A DNA stretch of 63,363 nt, the filler included, from Octopus bimaculoides (lineage: Eukaryota), in the NCBI RefSeq assembly GCF_001194135.2. It is 10 parts of 9 records of this genome, joined end to end, with 100 filler letters (N's around TTAATTAATTAA, not from the genome) between each part and the next. Parts side by side here need not be neighbours in the genome. Positions count along the whole stretch, not along the records: positions 39,854 to 48,243 come from NC_068985.1; positions 48,344 to 50,525 come from NC_068988.1; positions 50,626 to 55,150 come from NC_068996.1; 7 more parts are not named here. One strand, given 5' to 3'. Of this stretch, positions 40,929 to 52,582 are shown in pieces. Both the position numbers and the translations under genes were made by a program. Each line of letters starts with the position of its first letter. The first letter of the stretch is position 1. The notes under the pieces are model-generated. The model saw only the letters and a program-made list of their open reading frames with translations, was not told the origin of the DNA and did no database searches.

Positions 40929-41436
40929 CGACTCCAAAATGCAGATTCTGCGGTACATTTGACGAAGCAATAGACCTCGTCTCGGGATGTTCTGTTCTGA
41001 CACCAAACGAATACAAAAAGCGACACGATAGGGTAGGACAGTATTTACATTGAAAAATATGTAAGCACTACAAAATCAGCACTCTTGCTTACTGGTATGG
41101 ACATCATCCTGAGCCAGTCGTTGAAGGTAAAAATGCCACTGTCCTCTGGGATTTTCCAATTAACACCGACAGAACGATGCAGGTTAAATCGACAAAGATG
41201 AAAATACTTGTAGACTAGTAGATGTAAGTGTTCCCACTGATAAACACAGTTATAAGGAATTTGACCAATTAAGTAAATACAAGGACCTGGAAATTAAAAT
41301 ACAAAAGATGTGGCATCTTAAAGCAAGAAATGTTCTTGTTATTGTAGGTGTCCAAGGTATGATAAAAGGGGGGGGGGGTCAGAAACATCTAGATAGGATC
41401 CCAGGAGAACCATGTCTCAAAGAAATCTAAAAGATT
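40929..41436 (+). mobile_element. R4/Dong-type fragment, subfamily 3, frameshifted
   Basis: PKCRFCGTFDEAIDLVSGC, KRHDRVGQYLH, VLWDFPINTDRT, LVDVSVP, LSKYKDLEI. Confidence 0.85.
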
Positions 41437-41449
41437 TCTACAGTTCTAT

Positions 41450-41671
41450 ATTTAAGAGGTTCCGAGTTCGATTCACGGCAGCGACTTGATTAATAATAGT
41501 AATAATAATAATAATATAATAATAGTAACATCGCTAGGAATGAGAACCCAGGTTCGAAATTTCCCCAAGACACCTGACGAAGGCTGGAGGGTATATCAGC
41601 CGAAACGTTGTGTTAACAACAAACAAGATGAGGACAAATATCCGTCAAATGTAAATAATGTAAATAATGTA
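41450..41671 (+). mobile_element. Short non-coding element: B-box-like head, (AAT)n spacer, hammerhead, (AATGTAAAT)n tail
   Basis: GAGTTCGATTC at 41464; hammerhead at 41569-41614; tail AATGTAAATAATGTAAATAATGTA. Confidence 0.6.
41569..41614 (+). ncRNA. Minimal type I hammerhead ribozyme
   Basis: GACAC-CTGACGA-A-GGCTG(10-nt loop)CAGCC-GAAA-C-GTT-GTGTT; palindromic AACGTT in place of stem III. Confidence 0.8.
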
Positions 41672-43650
41672 AAAGATTTCTATCCCAAAATGGACTCGGG
41701 CGATGGCCGGATCGGTTCTACACGTGGCAATAGCTGTTCAACAAAGCTTCACAAGTCAGCAATGCGTGGGCACTGGACGAGAGCATGCAGAACGGTTTCA
41801 TCACTCTGCGTGCATCTTGGACAAGCCCGACTAACTGCATATCCGTGCCTGTAGAGCTTGTCTCTAACTGGCAGCGTCCCTCGGTAGCACTGCCAGGCCA
41901 GGAATTTCTGGAAGTTATCCATAGTTCCCGACCCGAAAGTCCTCCGGAAGAGACTAACCAGTTGATCCTCTTCGACGCCCAGGACCTCACCGAGTACGTC
42001 ATCGCTCTTGCCCTCCACTAATCCCCTATAGAACTCCAAGGTGGAACTTCCACTGACCACATTGCCCTACTGGTCGAGGGCTGTGAGAACTTGGAGACAG
42101 TCTAGGTGCCAAGCGCCCTGATCCAGGACTGTAGCTCTGTCAAGGAGACGAACTGTAGAAAAGCGCGTTCAACAAATGACCACACCTGCTCACCGTTAAG
42201 GTATCACTGGAGATGTAGCAGCATCATCAGCCTCGGCATTCCCAGTCCACCACGCAACGAACCGTCTGACAAGCGGTAACTGTCCCTTCCATAGGAAGCG
42301 GAGGAGCAAACGCACCAACCCTTTCATCCACGAAGCGGGGCAAGGGACGACAGTCAGGCGGTAGTGTATGACGGATGTGATGTGCGCATTCACCACCTCC
42401 ACCCAACCTTTCAAGGACAGCTTCCTCTAGGCCCATTTCTAGCGGAGACTGGCCACCCTGCCTATCACCTCGCCCCAGATCTTGTCCACTTGGAGATCCG
42501 GACCGAACCAGACCCCGAGCAACTTAACAAGTCCTTCCGTCCAGCGCTCCATCACACTGTCGGTTGGCATGGGTCTGCCTTTCCAGGCGCCGAGTTGCAG
42601 GCCCACTGACTTCTGGTTGATCATTGCTCCTGTCACCGCTTCATATTCCCTTAAGTTAGTGTCGACCATCTCGATTTCCGAGATGTCTGACACTATCAGA
42701 GTGACGTCGTCCACATACACCGACACGAACTTTCTGTCTCCCAGTGCACGCGGGATGTCTCTCGAAACCTCCAGTTAGTACGTAGAGAAGGGCTGAGAAT
42801 GGGTATCCTTGACGGATCGAACGTAGAATACTAACCGATTCCGAGAGGTGGTCATTTACTTTGACCGCCGAACAGATGTCACTGTACATTGCAGCGATTC
42901 AGCCTCTGAAAACGGGATTGAAACCAGCCGCCTTGAAGACAACCTCGAAGTACAGATGGTCTACCCAATCAAAAACTTTCGATTGATCCAAATGGATCAG
43001 GACCCCATCCATGGCAGGTTCTTTATCAACCTTCTCTATGATGTATCGCGTGAGGTGGCGGTTGTGTAAAGTTCTGTTGAGGATAGCGCAAATCTGCTTA
43101 TCACCCACCAGTCTGTCAACGACAAGCGCCAACCTCTTTGCTAACACTTTGGCCCATACTTGGTAATGTGTATTTAACATAGTTACTGGCCTAAAGTTAA
43201 TAACAATGTCTACCTTGTTCGGTTCCTTTCTCAGTAGCGTCACCACACCTCGGCTCACAGATCCAGGTATTCTCCCATTCTGCTGCCACTTGCGGTAGAT
43301 ATCAACAAACAAGTCTGGCATATGTATATAAAGCTCGAAGGGTAGACCATCCAATCCCGAGACCTCTCCCTCGTGGAACTAGCCAATACATCCCGTATGT
43401 CTTCAGCTGTTATCGGCATTTCGCAGAACTTCATGTCCCTGGCCAAAAGCCGCGGCATATCATCAAGGTAGGAAGTAAAGTTCACCTCCACCTCCGGGCC
43501 ACCGCGCGCTCCGCTGAAATTCTGCCTATATCTGCTTCGACTCGTGTAGCATGCACCTGTCCCGACCCCTCAAAGGCCAAATTGCAGTTTTATTACCACT
43601 TTGCGACTCGGCCACCTGGGACCATCGAACGGCTTCCGTTCCCTCCTGCT
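41672..43650 (-). mobile_element. Tx1/L1-clade LINE ORF2 fragment (RT plus CCHC zinc knuckle), frameshifted
   Basis: DGLPFELY, NFRPVTMLN, LDQSKVFDWVDH, SIRQGYPFSALLY, YVDDVT, KLLGVWFG, CPRC..DETVLHALVQC; GC-rich relative to its flanks. Confidence 0.9.
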
Positions 43651-44862
43651 TTAGATATATATACACATGCGCGTGCACACGCATATATTGATATATGTTC
43701 CCATGTTGTTACACATAAAATTAATTTAACATTAGTTGTTCACTTTTACAAACAAAAGATTGACAGTAATTTAGAAGTTTACGTGAGATTGTCTGACAAC
43801 GGTGTGCAAGCTGAAAGTTTTGAAGTCCCTATCTACTTTTTCCTTCTAAAGGTTATATATATATATATATATNNNNNNNNNNNNNNNNNNNNNNNNNNNN
43901 NNNNNNNNNNNNNNNNNNNNNNNNNNNNNNNNNNNNNNNNNNNNNNNNNNNNNNNNNNNNNNNNNNNNNNNNNNNNNNNNNNNNNNNNNNNNNNNNNNNN
44001 NNNNNNNNNNNNNNNNNNNNNNNNNNNNNNNNNNNNNNNNNNNNNNNNNNNNNNNNNNNNNNNNNNNNNNNNNNNNNNNNNNNNNNNNNNNNNNNNNNNN
44101 NNNNNNNNNNNNNNNNNNNNNNNNNNNNNNNNNNNNNNNNNNNNNNNNNNNNNNNNNNNNNNNNNNNNNNNNNNNNNNNNNNNNNNNNNNNNNNNNNNNN
44201 NNNNNNNNNNNNNNNNNNNNNNNNNNNNNNNNNNNNNNNNNNNNNNNNNNNNNNNNNNNNNNNNNNNNNNNNNNNNNNNNNNNNNNNNNNNNNNNNNNNN
44301 NNNNNNNNNNNNNNNNNNNNNNNNNNNNNNNNNNNNNNNNNNNNNNNNNNNNNNNNNNNNNNNNNNNNNNNNNNNNNNNNNNNNNNNNNNNNNNNNNNNN
44401 NNNNNNNNNNNNNNNNNNNNNNNNNNNNNNNNNNNNNNNNNNNNNNNNNNNNNNNNNNNNNNNNNNNNNNNNNNNNNNNNNNNNNNNNNNNNNNNNNNNN
44501 NNNNNNNNNNNNNNNNNNNNNNNNNNNNNNNNNNNNNNNNNNNNNNNNNNNNNNNNNNNNNNNNNNNNNNNNNNNNNNNNNNNNNNNNNNNNNNNNNNNN
44601 NNNNNNNNNNNNNNNNNNNNNNNNNNNNNNNNNNNNNNNNNNNNNNNNNNNNNNNNNNNNNNNNNNNNNNNNNNNNNNNNNNNNNNNNNNNNNNNNNNNN
44701 NNNNNNNNNNNNNNNNNNNNNNNNNNNNNNNNNNNNNNNNNNNNNNNNNNNNNNNNNNNNNNNNNNNNNNNNNNNNNNNNNNNNNNNNNNNNNNNNNNNN
44801 NNNNNNNNNNNNNNNNNNNNNNNNNNNNNNNNNNNNNNNNNNNNNNNNNNNNNNNNNNNNNN

Positions 44863-44922
<60 letters not shown>

Positions 44923-44929
44923 CTGAAAT

Positions 44930-46130
44930 AGGTATTATTAGCAGTTATGTTTTAGATCGTATTTTAACTAAGTTAGATAGTGAATTAAATTTACGGAATC
45001 GGAAAAATAGGAGCTTATATTTTGCATAATCTAAAGCTAGAATTCCCGTTTATAGACGAAGGATTATATAGGAATGACGGCTTTATAGCCACCCATAATT
45101 TAAAAGGCCGTGAATTAGATAAGCTGAGGAAGGATCTAATTGCTTTCTTCCAAAGGGTTGGCTTACGTATTACGATAGATACTAACCTTAAAGTGTAGAT
45201 TTCTTAGATATAAATTTAGATTTACAGTTAGATAAATTCAAACCTTACCGTAAGCCTAATGATAAGCTGTCTTATATTAGCAAACAATCCAATCATCCGC
45301 CAGTTATTCTTAGGAACCTAATCAGTAATGTAGTTAGACGAATATCGTCAATTTCTTCGGATGAGACAGCATTTCAAAATACTGCAACTTATTACAATAG
45401 CGCATTAAGGAATAGTGGTTTCTCTGAGAAGATCCAGAGTACGAGCAGTAATGCAACTCAAAGAAGTAGGACTAGGAGGGTTTTGTGGTTCCACCCAACT
45501 TCTAGTATGGCCGTAAAAACAAATATAGGTAGGGAATTCTTAAAATTAGTCTCTAGACATTTTCAACCTAACCATAAGTTTTATAGAATATTTAATAGAA
45601 GAATGCTTAAGATCAGCTATTCTTGTTGCAAAAACTTCGCCTCTTTCATTAACCAACACAACAATAAGGTAATTGCAAATAACCACAGTGCCGATTCTTT
45701 TCCTAAGAATTGCAATTTCAAAGATGGGACCTCCTGTCTGTTGGAAGGAAAATGTCTGGAGAAAAGAATTGTGTATAGAGCCAAAGTGTAAATAGAAGGC
45801 TCACATGAATATAGAACTTACACAGGGGCTTCTGAAAATTCTTTCAAGACCCGATTTTATTCTCATAGAAATTCCTTCCGATACCCCGAAAATAGGACAA
45901 AGGCCACCCTGGCAAAATATGTCTTGAAATTAAAGGAAAATGAAACCCGGCCTTTCAACGTGACATGGAGAATTTTAGATAAAGCATCACCTTACAAACA
46001 CGGTGCGCATAAAAGACCCATCAAATGTGATTTATGTCTATTGGAAAAATTCTATATTTTATTCCAGGACTTTGAATCAAAGATGCGAACTCTTGAATTC
46101 CTGCAGACACACAACAAAATTTAAAATGTC
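44930..46130 (+). mobile_element. Penelope-like element: RT C-terminus plus GIY-YIG endonuclease, decayed
   Basis: GLYRNDG, DFLDINL, PYRKPND..SNHP, WFHP..KTNIGREFLKL..IFNR..KISYSC, IVYRAKV..TYTGASENSFKTRFYSH, CDLCLLEK. Confidence 0.9.
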
Positions 46131-46669
46131 AGCTGGCAAAATACCATATGGATAGTATATATTTTTTGAATCTTGAACTAGTTTTCAATTCCACTGTTGG
46201 ATTTGTATTTTGTAATGCATGGTTTATTTCGCATCGCAAAAATATTGTGTATATTTCGACGTATTTCTTAAGAAGACCTTCGACTGTTATATGTATATAT
46301 TATTTTTATGTTTAAGATTTTATATTTATTTCATTTTATTGTATCTTACAAACCCATTTAATCGTTATATTTATAGATAATTCGATATATGATATTCCAT
46401 TTGGCATGTCTTTTATGCGATTTTTATTATTATACACTCAGCAATTTAAAAAAAAATTTGTTTGTATATATACGTTACGTCCTAGATATGTTTTTATGTG
46501 GATGTCTGTATTGTAGGCATACATATGTATTTGTATGTGTGCGTCTGTGTATATGTGTAAGTAGCGTGTATGTTTATCCTTTCTCTCCCTATTCGTTACT
46601 TTAATAGCGTCCTTAAACAATGCGTTCATTTTAACCGAATATGTCTTACGTTTAAGCTGGTTCCCATAC

Positions 46670-46756
46670 ATTTCCCTGAAGAGAAGATTACATTTTTAAC
46701 GTCGCCGATTCCTATGGACGTTATAATTTGTAATCTTCGAAACATATGTTGGAAAT
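46670..46756 (+). ncRNA. Intact type I hammerhead ribozyme downstream of the Penelope-like ORF
   Basis: ATTTCC-CTGAAGA-GAAGATTACA...TGTAATCTTC-GAAA-CATAT-GTT-GGAAAT; stem I 6/6, stem II 10/10 plus inner TAACGTC/GACGTTA, palindromic ACATATGT. Confidence 0.88.
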
Positions 46757-47251
46757 AAAAGTATGCAGTTAACATATGCGTTTTACTCCATTCATTAAAT
46801 TTATATATACTCAAGTACCCAAAATATCAAGGAGTTTCTACCTCATAAACAGGAGTTACACCACAGTTATTTTGTGATCTTTGCTACCTTGGTATCTATT
46901 AACCAATTTATTTTGTCCGAGTTATTTATTAATTAGGAGAAAATAAATACATATAATAATNNNNNNNNNNNNNNNNNNNNNNNNNNNNNNNNNNNNNNNN
47001 NNNNNNNNNNNNNNNNNNNNNNNNNNNNNNNNNNNNNNNNNNNNNNNNNNNNNNNNNNNNNNNNNNNNNNNNNNNNNNNNNNNNNNNNNNNNNNNNNNNN
47101 NNNNNNNNNNNNNNNNNNNNNNNNNNNNNNNNNNNNNNNNNNNNNNNNNNNNNNNNNNNNNNNNNNNNNNNNNNNNNNNNNNNNNNNNNNNNNNNNNNNN
47201 NNNNNNNNNNNNNNNNNNNNNNNNNNNNNNNNNNNNNNNNNNNNNNNNNNN

Positions 47252-47880
47252 ATATATAGAAGGATGACCAGTAGGGTGGACATTTAATATGCTAGAAATA
47301 GCTCACATGTTGTGTCTACTAAGACCTAGTAGTTCTGAAAAAAAAGTTTGCGAAATACCAAACCGTAAGCGGGCAAGACATTGAAAATTACATATAAATA
47401 AAAAGTTATTCGTGGACCAAGGTTTCGGAGTTAAAAATCTCTTACCTAGAAAATCTGCTCCATCTTCAGCATGAACTGCTAGTGGCAACTCCCAGAATCT
47501 TATACAACTTGTTCACCGCTAGAGGCGAACGTGTATATGGTTCTGTTAATTACAACGAACTGGTAAAAATCAAATGTCTTCGTTTTGGCGCGCTAATTCC
47601 GGAAATATGTCTGCAGAAATTAGTTACTGCTTAGCATATATCCAATTTGAGAACTGGGTTATGGTTAATTAAAACATAGGGTAAAAATCAGATATTAATT
47701 AATATCGATTTATTACCAGGAAGCTAGCATATTTAAAGAATCCGAGAGATTCAGAAAAAAATATCTGAAATCTAAGTGGATTAAGGTATATTTTTATATA
47801 TAGAAGGATGACCAGTAGGGTGGACATTTAATATGCTAGAAATAGCTTACATGTTGTGTCTACTAAGACCTAGTAGTTCT
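47252..47880. repeat. 85-bp direct repeats (47252-47336 and 47796-47880) flanking a 459-bp segment
   Basis: The two copies differ at one base (GCTCAC versus GCTTAC). Confidence 0.92.
47409..47475 (-). ncRNA. Type I hammerhead ribozyme motif
   Basis: Minus strand TTCATG-CTGAAGA-T-GGAG...CTCC-GAAA-CCTTG-GTC-CACGAA; GUC triplet; one mismatch in stem I. Confidence 0.7.
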
Positions 47881-47996
47881 CAAGGGAGATGTACTATAGG
47901 GAGATGTACTTGCATAGGAAGTGACCCGATCTGAGATCGTGTACTGGAACGAAAACAATAGATTCACTTTAGATTCACTTCAACATTTAAATTTAA

Positions 47997-48047
47997 TTTG
48001 CCAAAATATTTTCGTCGCTTTGAGACCGCGACCTGTTCACTGACAAA
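47997..48047 (-). ncRNA. Degenerate hammerhead (core mutated)
   Basis: Minus strand TTTGTCA-GTGAACA-G-GTCGC..GCGAC-GAAA-ATAT-TT-TGGCAAA; all stems intact but CUGANGA reads GTGAACA. Confidence 0.5.
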
Positions 48048-48912
48048 ATTCATACACACAAAGCGAGAAAGAGAGGCGAGTGGAATAACATCGGAAACCA
48101 CACCTTGCACACCAGCGGAATCAAGTGATTATATTTGTTACAGCCGAACAACATAAAATCTTCATTTGCTTTTTGAGAGGAAGTTTAGCATTTACTGACA
48201 ATCGTGAATATTTCTCATTTAATAAGGATTACTTCATAGATGCNNNNNNNNNNNNNNNNNNNNNNNNNNNNNNNNNNNNNNNNNNNNTTAATTAATTAAN
48301 NNNNNNNNNNNNNNNNNNNNNNNNNNNNNNNNNNNNNNNNNNNATATATATATATATATACATACATATAAATGTGCCTGCATCTGAGTGTGTATGTTTG
48401 TGTGCGCTTGCGCGCATGCATGTTTGTCTGTTTGTGTGTGTGCATAGTTAAGCAAAAATGAGCTAAGCTACTGCAGAGCAGCCACGCCATACGCAGTAAC
48501 TATTCTGATTATAAATAACTCCGCTTGTTGTGGAGTAGTATCACTAACAAATGGCAATTATGTATATACACTAACAAACACACCCGACACATCCAGCAGT
48601 CTCTCTTGTTGACAACAGAAGTAGGTTACACAAATTCCTGCTCACTAACTGACACAAATGATTGTTTATTGTTATCCAGTCTTTATGCTCACCTTCTCCA
48701 TCAAATCGACATGGTCGATGCGGGTGCACTGTGTGCTACACGTCAGAGCAACGTTGAGTGAAATTGAAATTGTTTGCTCAACGACGCTACGCACCACCTG
48801 GTTATGGAATCGATCCACGAGTGCATGATTGTGCGTGCAGCCCACATAGACACACGAGCACGCGCGCATGCATGCATACATACACACATACATACATACA
48901 TACATACATACA

Positions 48913-48948
<36 letters not shown>

Positions 48949-48981
48949 CATACATACATACATATCTACATACATATATAA

Positions 48982-49270
48982 CTATATATATATAAAACTG
49001 CAAATGTGTGTCAGTTTGTCTGTCTGTGTGTATGTGTCCATCACTAAAACTCGAGAACTACCCAACCGATTTCATTCAATCTTTATACAAGCACTACTTG
49101 GGGTCCCTAGAGTGTCATAGCCAAAAGAATTTACAACTTCTTGCCTAATGCTAGCCTAGAGCAATCTATTACACTGTTTCGGTATTATGTATCAAAAGTG
49201 AAAAATAAGATCTCTATTGTAATGTGAGATAATAGTTTCGCTATTAATAGTGAAACTATTATCTCACATT
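48982..49270 (+). mobile_element. Non-autonomous Helitron-like element, copy 1
   Basis: CTATATATATATAAAA start, GTCT repeats, CTAAAACTCGAGAACTAC core shared with 60345-60653. Confidence 0.5.
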
Positions 49271-49372
49271 ATATATATATATATATATATACATGTATAC
49301 ATATAGATATATATCTGTACATATATATAAATTTATACTTGTGTCTATACATATGTAAATAATAATAATAAT

Positions 49373-49545
49373 AATAATGGTATCTATGTAAGCTTAAAGC
49401 GATCACCAAGGGAAATAGTCTAATAATGAGGCCTTTAAGCCTCCGACAGAAAAAATGTAGGTTTTCTCATCTGCGTGGGACACGAACACACATTCCTTTG
49501 TTAACGCGACGAGGTGTGTTACCATTACACCAGCGAATTAGCCAA
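49373..49545 (-). mobile_element. tRNA-derived SINE family D with an (ATT)n tail
   Basis: Minus strand A-box-like TGGTGTAATGG and B-box-like GTTCGTGTCC; the tail recurs at 49668-49880. Confidence 0.6.
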
Positions 49546-50726
49546 CCAGCTGCTGTCAAACTTAAGAACTATATTAGTTCGTGGTTGTTCTTTGTAAACA
49601 AACTTCTTTGTGCTTTCGGTGCGAATGGTTTTATTATACCGCACCGATGTTTACAATACTGTAAATAACAATAATGGTATTTATATAAGCGTAATGCTTA
49701 TAACGATCTCGGTGCATGGCTAAGGAATATAGTAAATAATGGGGCATATAAGCCTTCAACAAAAGAAAAGTAGGTTTTCCCTGTCGAGGGCTTATATGCA
49801 CAATTATTAGACTATTTTCCTTAGTCATTGTACGGTGATCGCTATAAGCTTTAAGTTTAAATAAATACCATTATTATCTACAAGGTTGTGAAACTCGGCA
49901 CCCTATAACAAAACCATTCCCACCGAAAGTATATAGATGTGTGTGTGTGTATACATACATATGTATGTATGTATATATATATTTATGTATGTATGCATGT
50001 ATATATGTATATATATATATGCATATATATNNNNNNNNNNNNNNNNNNNNNNNNNNNNNNNNNNNNNNNNNNNNNNNNNNNNNNNNNNNNNNNNNNNNNN
50101 NNNNNNNNNNNNNNNNNNNNNNNNNNNNNNNNNNNNNNNNNNNNNNNNNNNNNNNNNNNNNNNNNNNNNNNNNNNNNNNNNNNNNNNNNNNNNNNNNNNN
50201 NNNNNNNNNNNNNNNNNNNNNNNNNNNNNNNNNNNNNNNNNNNNNNNNNNNNNNNNNNNNNNNNNNNTCTCTCTCTCTCTTCCCCTTACACCGGCATGGT
50301 CACATGCTTCCGGTCAATAATCTTTTTCTTCCTTGGCTATCGCCGAGCAAACACGCGAACTTACTTCGTCCCAACTTTCAAGTTCGTGCCTCACAGCGTT
50401 CATACACATATTTTTTCCCGTCTGGCCGTATAGCCTTTTCTGTTTGTTTTCCAGTCTTGTTTTTTGTCCGCCACTACATTCCTCCATGGCAAGGTTTAAT
50501 TTGTGTATACAAATTTAATTTGCGGNNNNNNNNNNNNNNNNNNNNNNNNNNNNNNNNNNNNNNNNNNNNTTAATTAATTAANNNNNNNNNNNNNNNNNNN
50601 NNNNNNNNNNNNNNNNNNNNNNNNNTATATGTGTGTGTTTGTGTCAAATGACTAAAACAAGATAAAGACTGAAAGAATATGCATATATATATATATATAC
50701 ACACATACATACAAACACACACACAT

Positions 50727-50790
<64 letters not shown>

Positions 50791-50989
50791 GCGTATGTAT
50801 ACATCCGCACACATGCATGTACTTATATGCGTGCATATACATATGTATATATAAATAGACCCTCACGCTCGCACACTTGCATGTATATATGTGCACACAT
50901 ATGTATACATACTCATATATACACATAGATGCATAAACTCAGACATACAAATAGTATCATGTGTTTGTGTGCGTGAGGTGCGTATGTGG

Positions 50990-52230
50990 CTGTTTCCGTT
51001 TTATAAGCAATCCGTAAGTAGTCTTTTACAGGTTTCATTGAGGGCCCTGCGTATTAATATTGGATATATTGGTGGTTGTTATCTGTCTCTGCAGAAATAC
51101 CTTTGGGAGGTGTGTGAGCTATCACTAGTCTACCTAACGTTATTTACATTCCTGATCTTGGCGATTGGAGTCATTCATGAGACGTATGAGTCTGTGTCAG
51201 GGCGAATGGTATTTGGTAGCTGGTTATTATGTATCGATGGACCTCCATATTTAAGTCGTTTAGTATCGTTTAGGTTAAGCTTATTAGTTCCACTGATGTC
51301 ATCTGCTAGGTATGGAATGTGGAGTACGATAGATTATAGGTATACTTATTAAATACTTGTTAATATCTGTGATCTGGTTGGAAGAAGAGAAAGAATAACA
51401 TTTAAGGTAGACATGTTATTACTTGGAGATTTTGTGAATTATACCATGTAGCTTTACTATTTTTTTTTCTTCTCTTAGTGTTAGTGCAACTAGAAGTCTC
51501 AGTACTGCTATTACTAATAGAATTTATGGTAACTGTAAGATTCTTAGTTTTATTCTTAGGGTCTGAGAATTTGAAGCTTAGTTCCTAGAGGATAGTTTTT
51601 CGTATCTAGAAGAAAAATATTATGTTGTTGAATTATCCACACTTTCATGGCGTGAAAACTTAAATTGATTTTCTGACTTGGTTCGGTACATAAATAATCT
51701 TTTCTTTATGGCCGTTTCTGCTGAGAGTCTCAGTTTAATAGTAATCTACGTTGTAGTTATAAAAATTACCCTATTTGAGGATAAATTGAATACAGGGATA
51801 GATACGCCTTTCATTATTCCTTTGATCACTGATCTCGGATGATTAGATTCAGAGTAGATGGAGTGTAAATTTTCATGAAGCTTACGGTGAGGGTAATATA
51901 AACCTGAAGAGATGCTTAATGTTACATCTAGAGAATTTACAATTATTGTGTTAGGTTCGAATGTGAGTGAGGGATTTTTATTCTTATATACGAAGATTTG
52001 TACGGGTACGTTCCAGTTGTGAGAAGGCAGTCGGCTCTCTAACGTCCTCTTCGAATATCGATAAGTTTGATCTTAATGTTGTAGGCAATGTTCGACGAGG
52101 TCAGTAACTTGAGCAGAGTCCATAAATCTCATGCTGACGTCGAAATTTCTAGGAAAAGACTATCGCGTCTATCAGTCATCGTCAAACTCATGTTTTTCCC
52201 TAATTCTTATATTTTAGGATTTTTAAACAA
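50990..52230 (-). mobile_element. Second, older Penelope-like element, decayed
   Basis: FDVSMRFMDSAQVTDLV, IVNSLDVTLSISSG, SESNHPRSVIKG, ATWYNS, QVFNKYTYNLSYST match PLE RT and linker motifs. Confidence 0.75.
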
Positions 52231-52582
52231 TTCTATCACTATCTGTGCTATACCAAATTTCCGGCTTCACACATTTTGTGATTAATGCAATATTGTTTAA
52301 TCCAATATTCTTCTACTGAGTCTACCCATGTCTGATTTTTATTCATTAATTAACTTGATAGCAGGGCTTTCATTGATGTTTGGCTTGAGATCATTTAAAT
52401 CAACGGCTCTCAATTGCAGCTCCCAAGGCTGCATATGTTCCTTATCCTTCTACCGGCCCTTAAAATGATTTAGAAAGTTTTCTGTGTGTGGTCTAACCTC
52501 TGTTACAGGCATTGATAAATCAAGAAGACACTTAGTCAACTCTTATTCATTCTTTCATCGGGACATTTAATCACCCGCTGTC

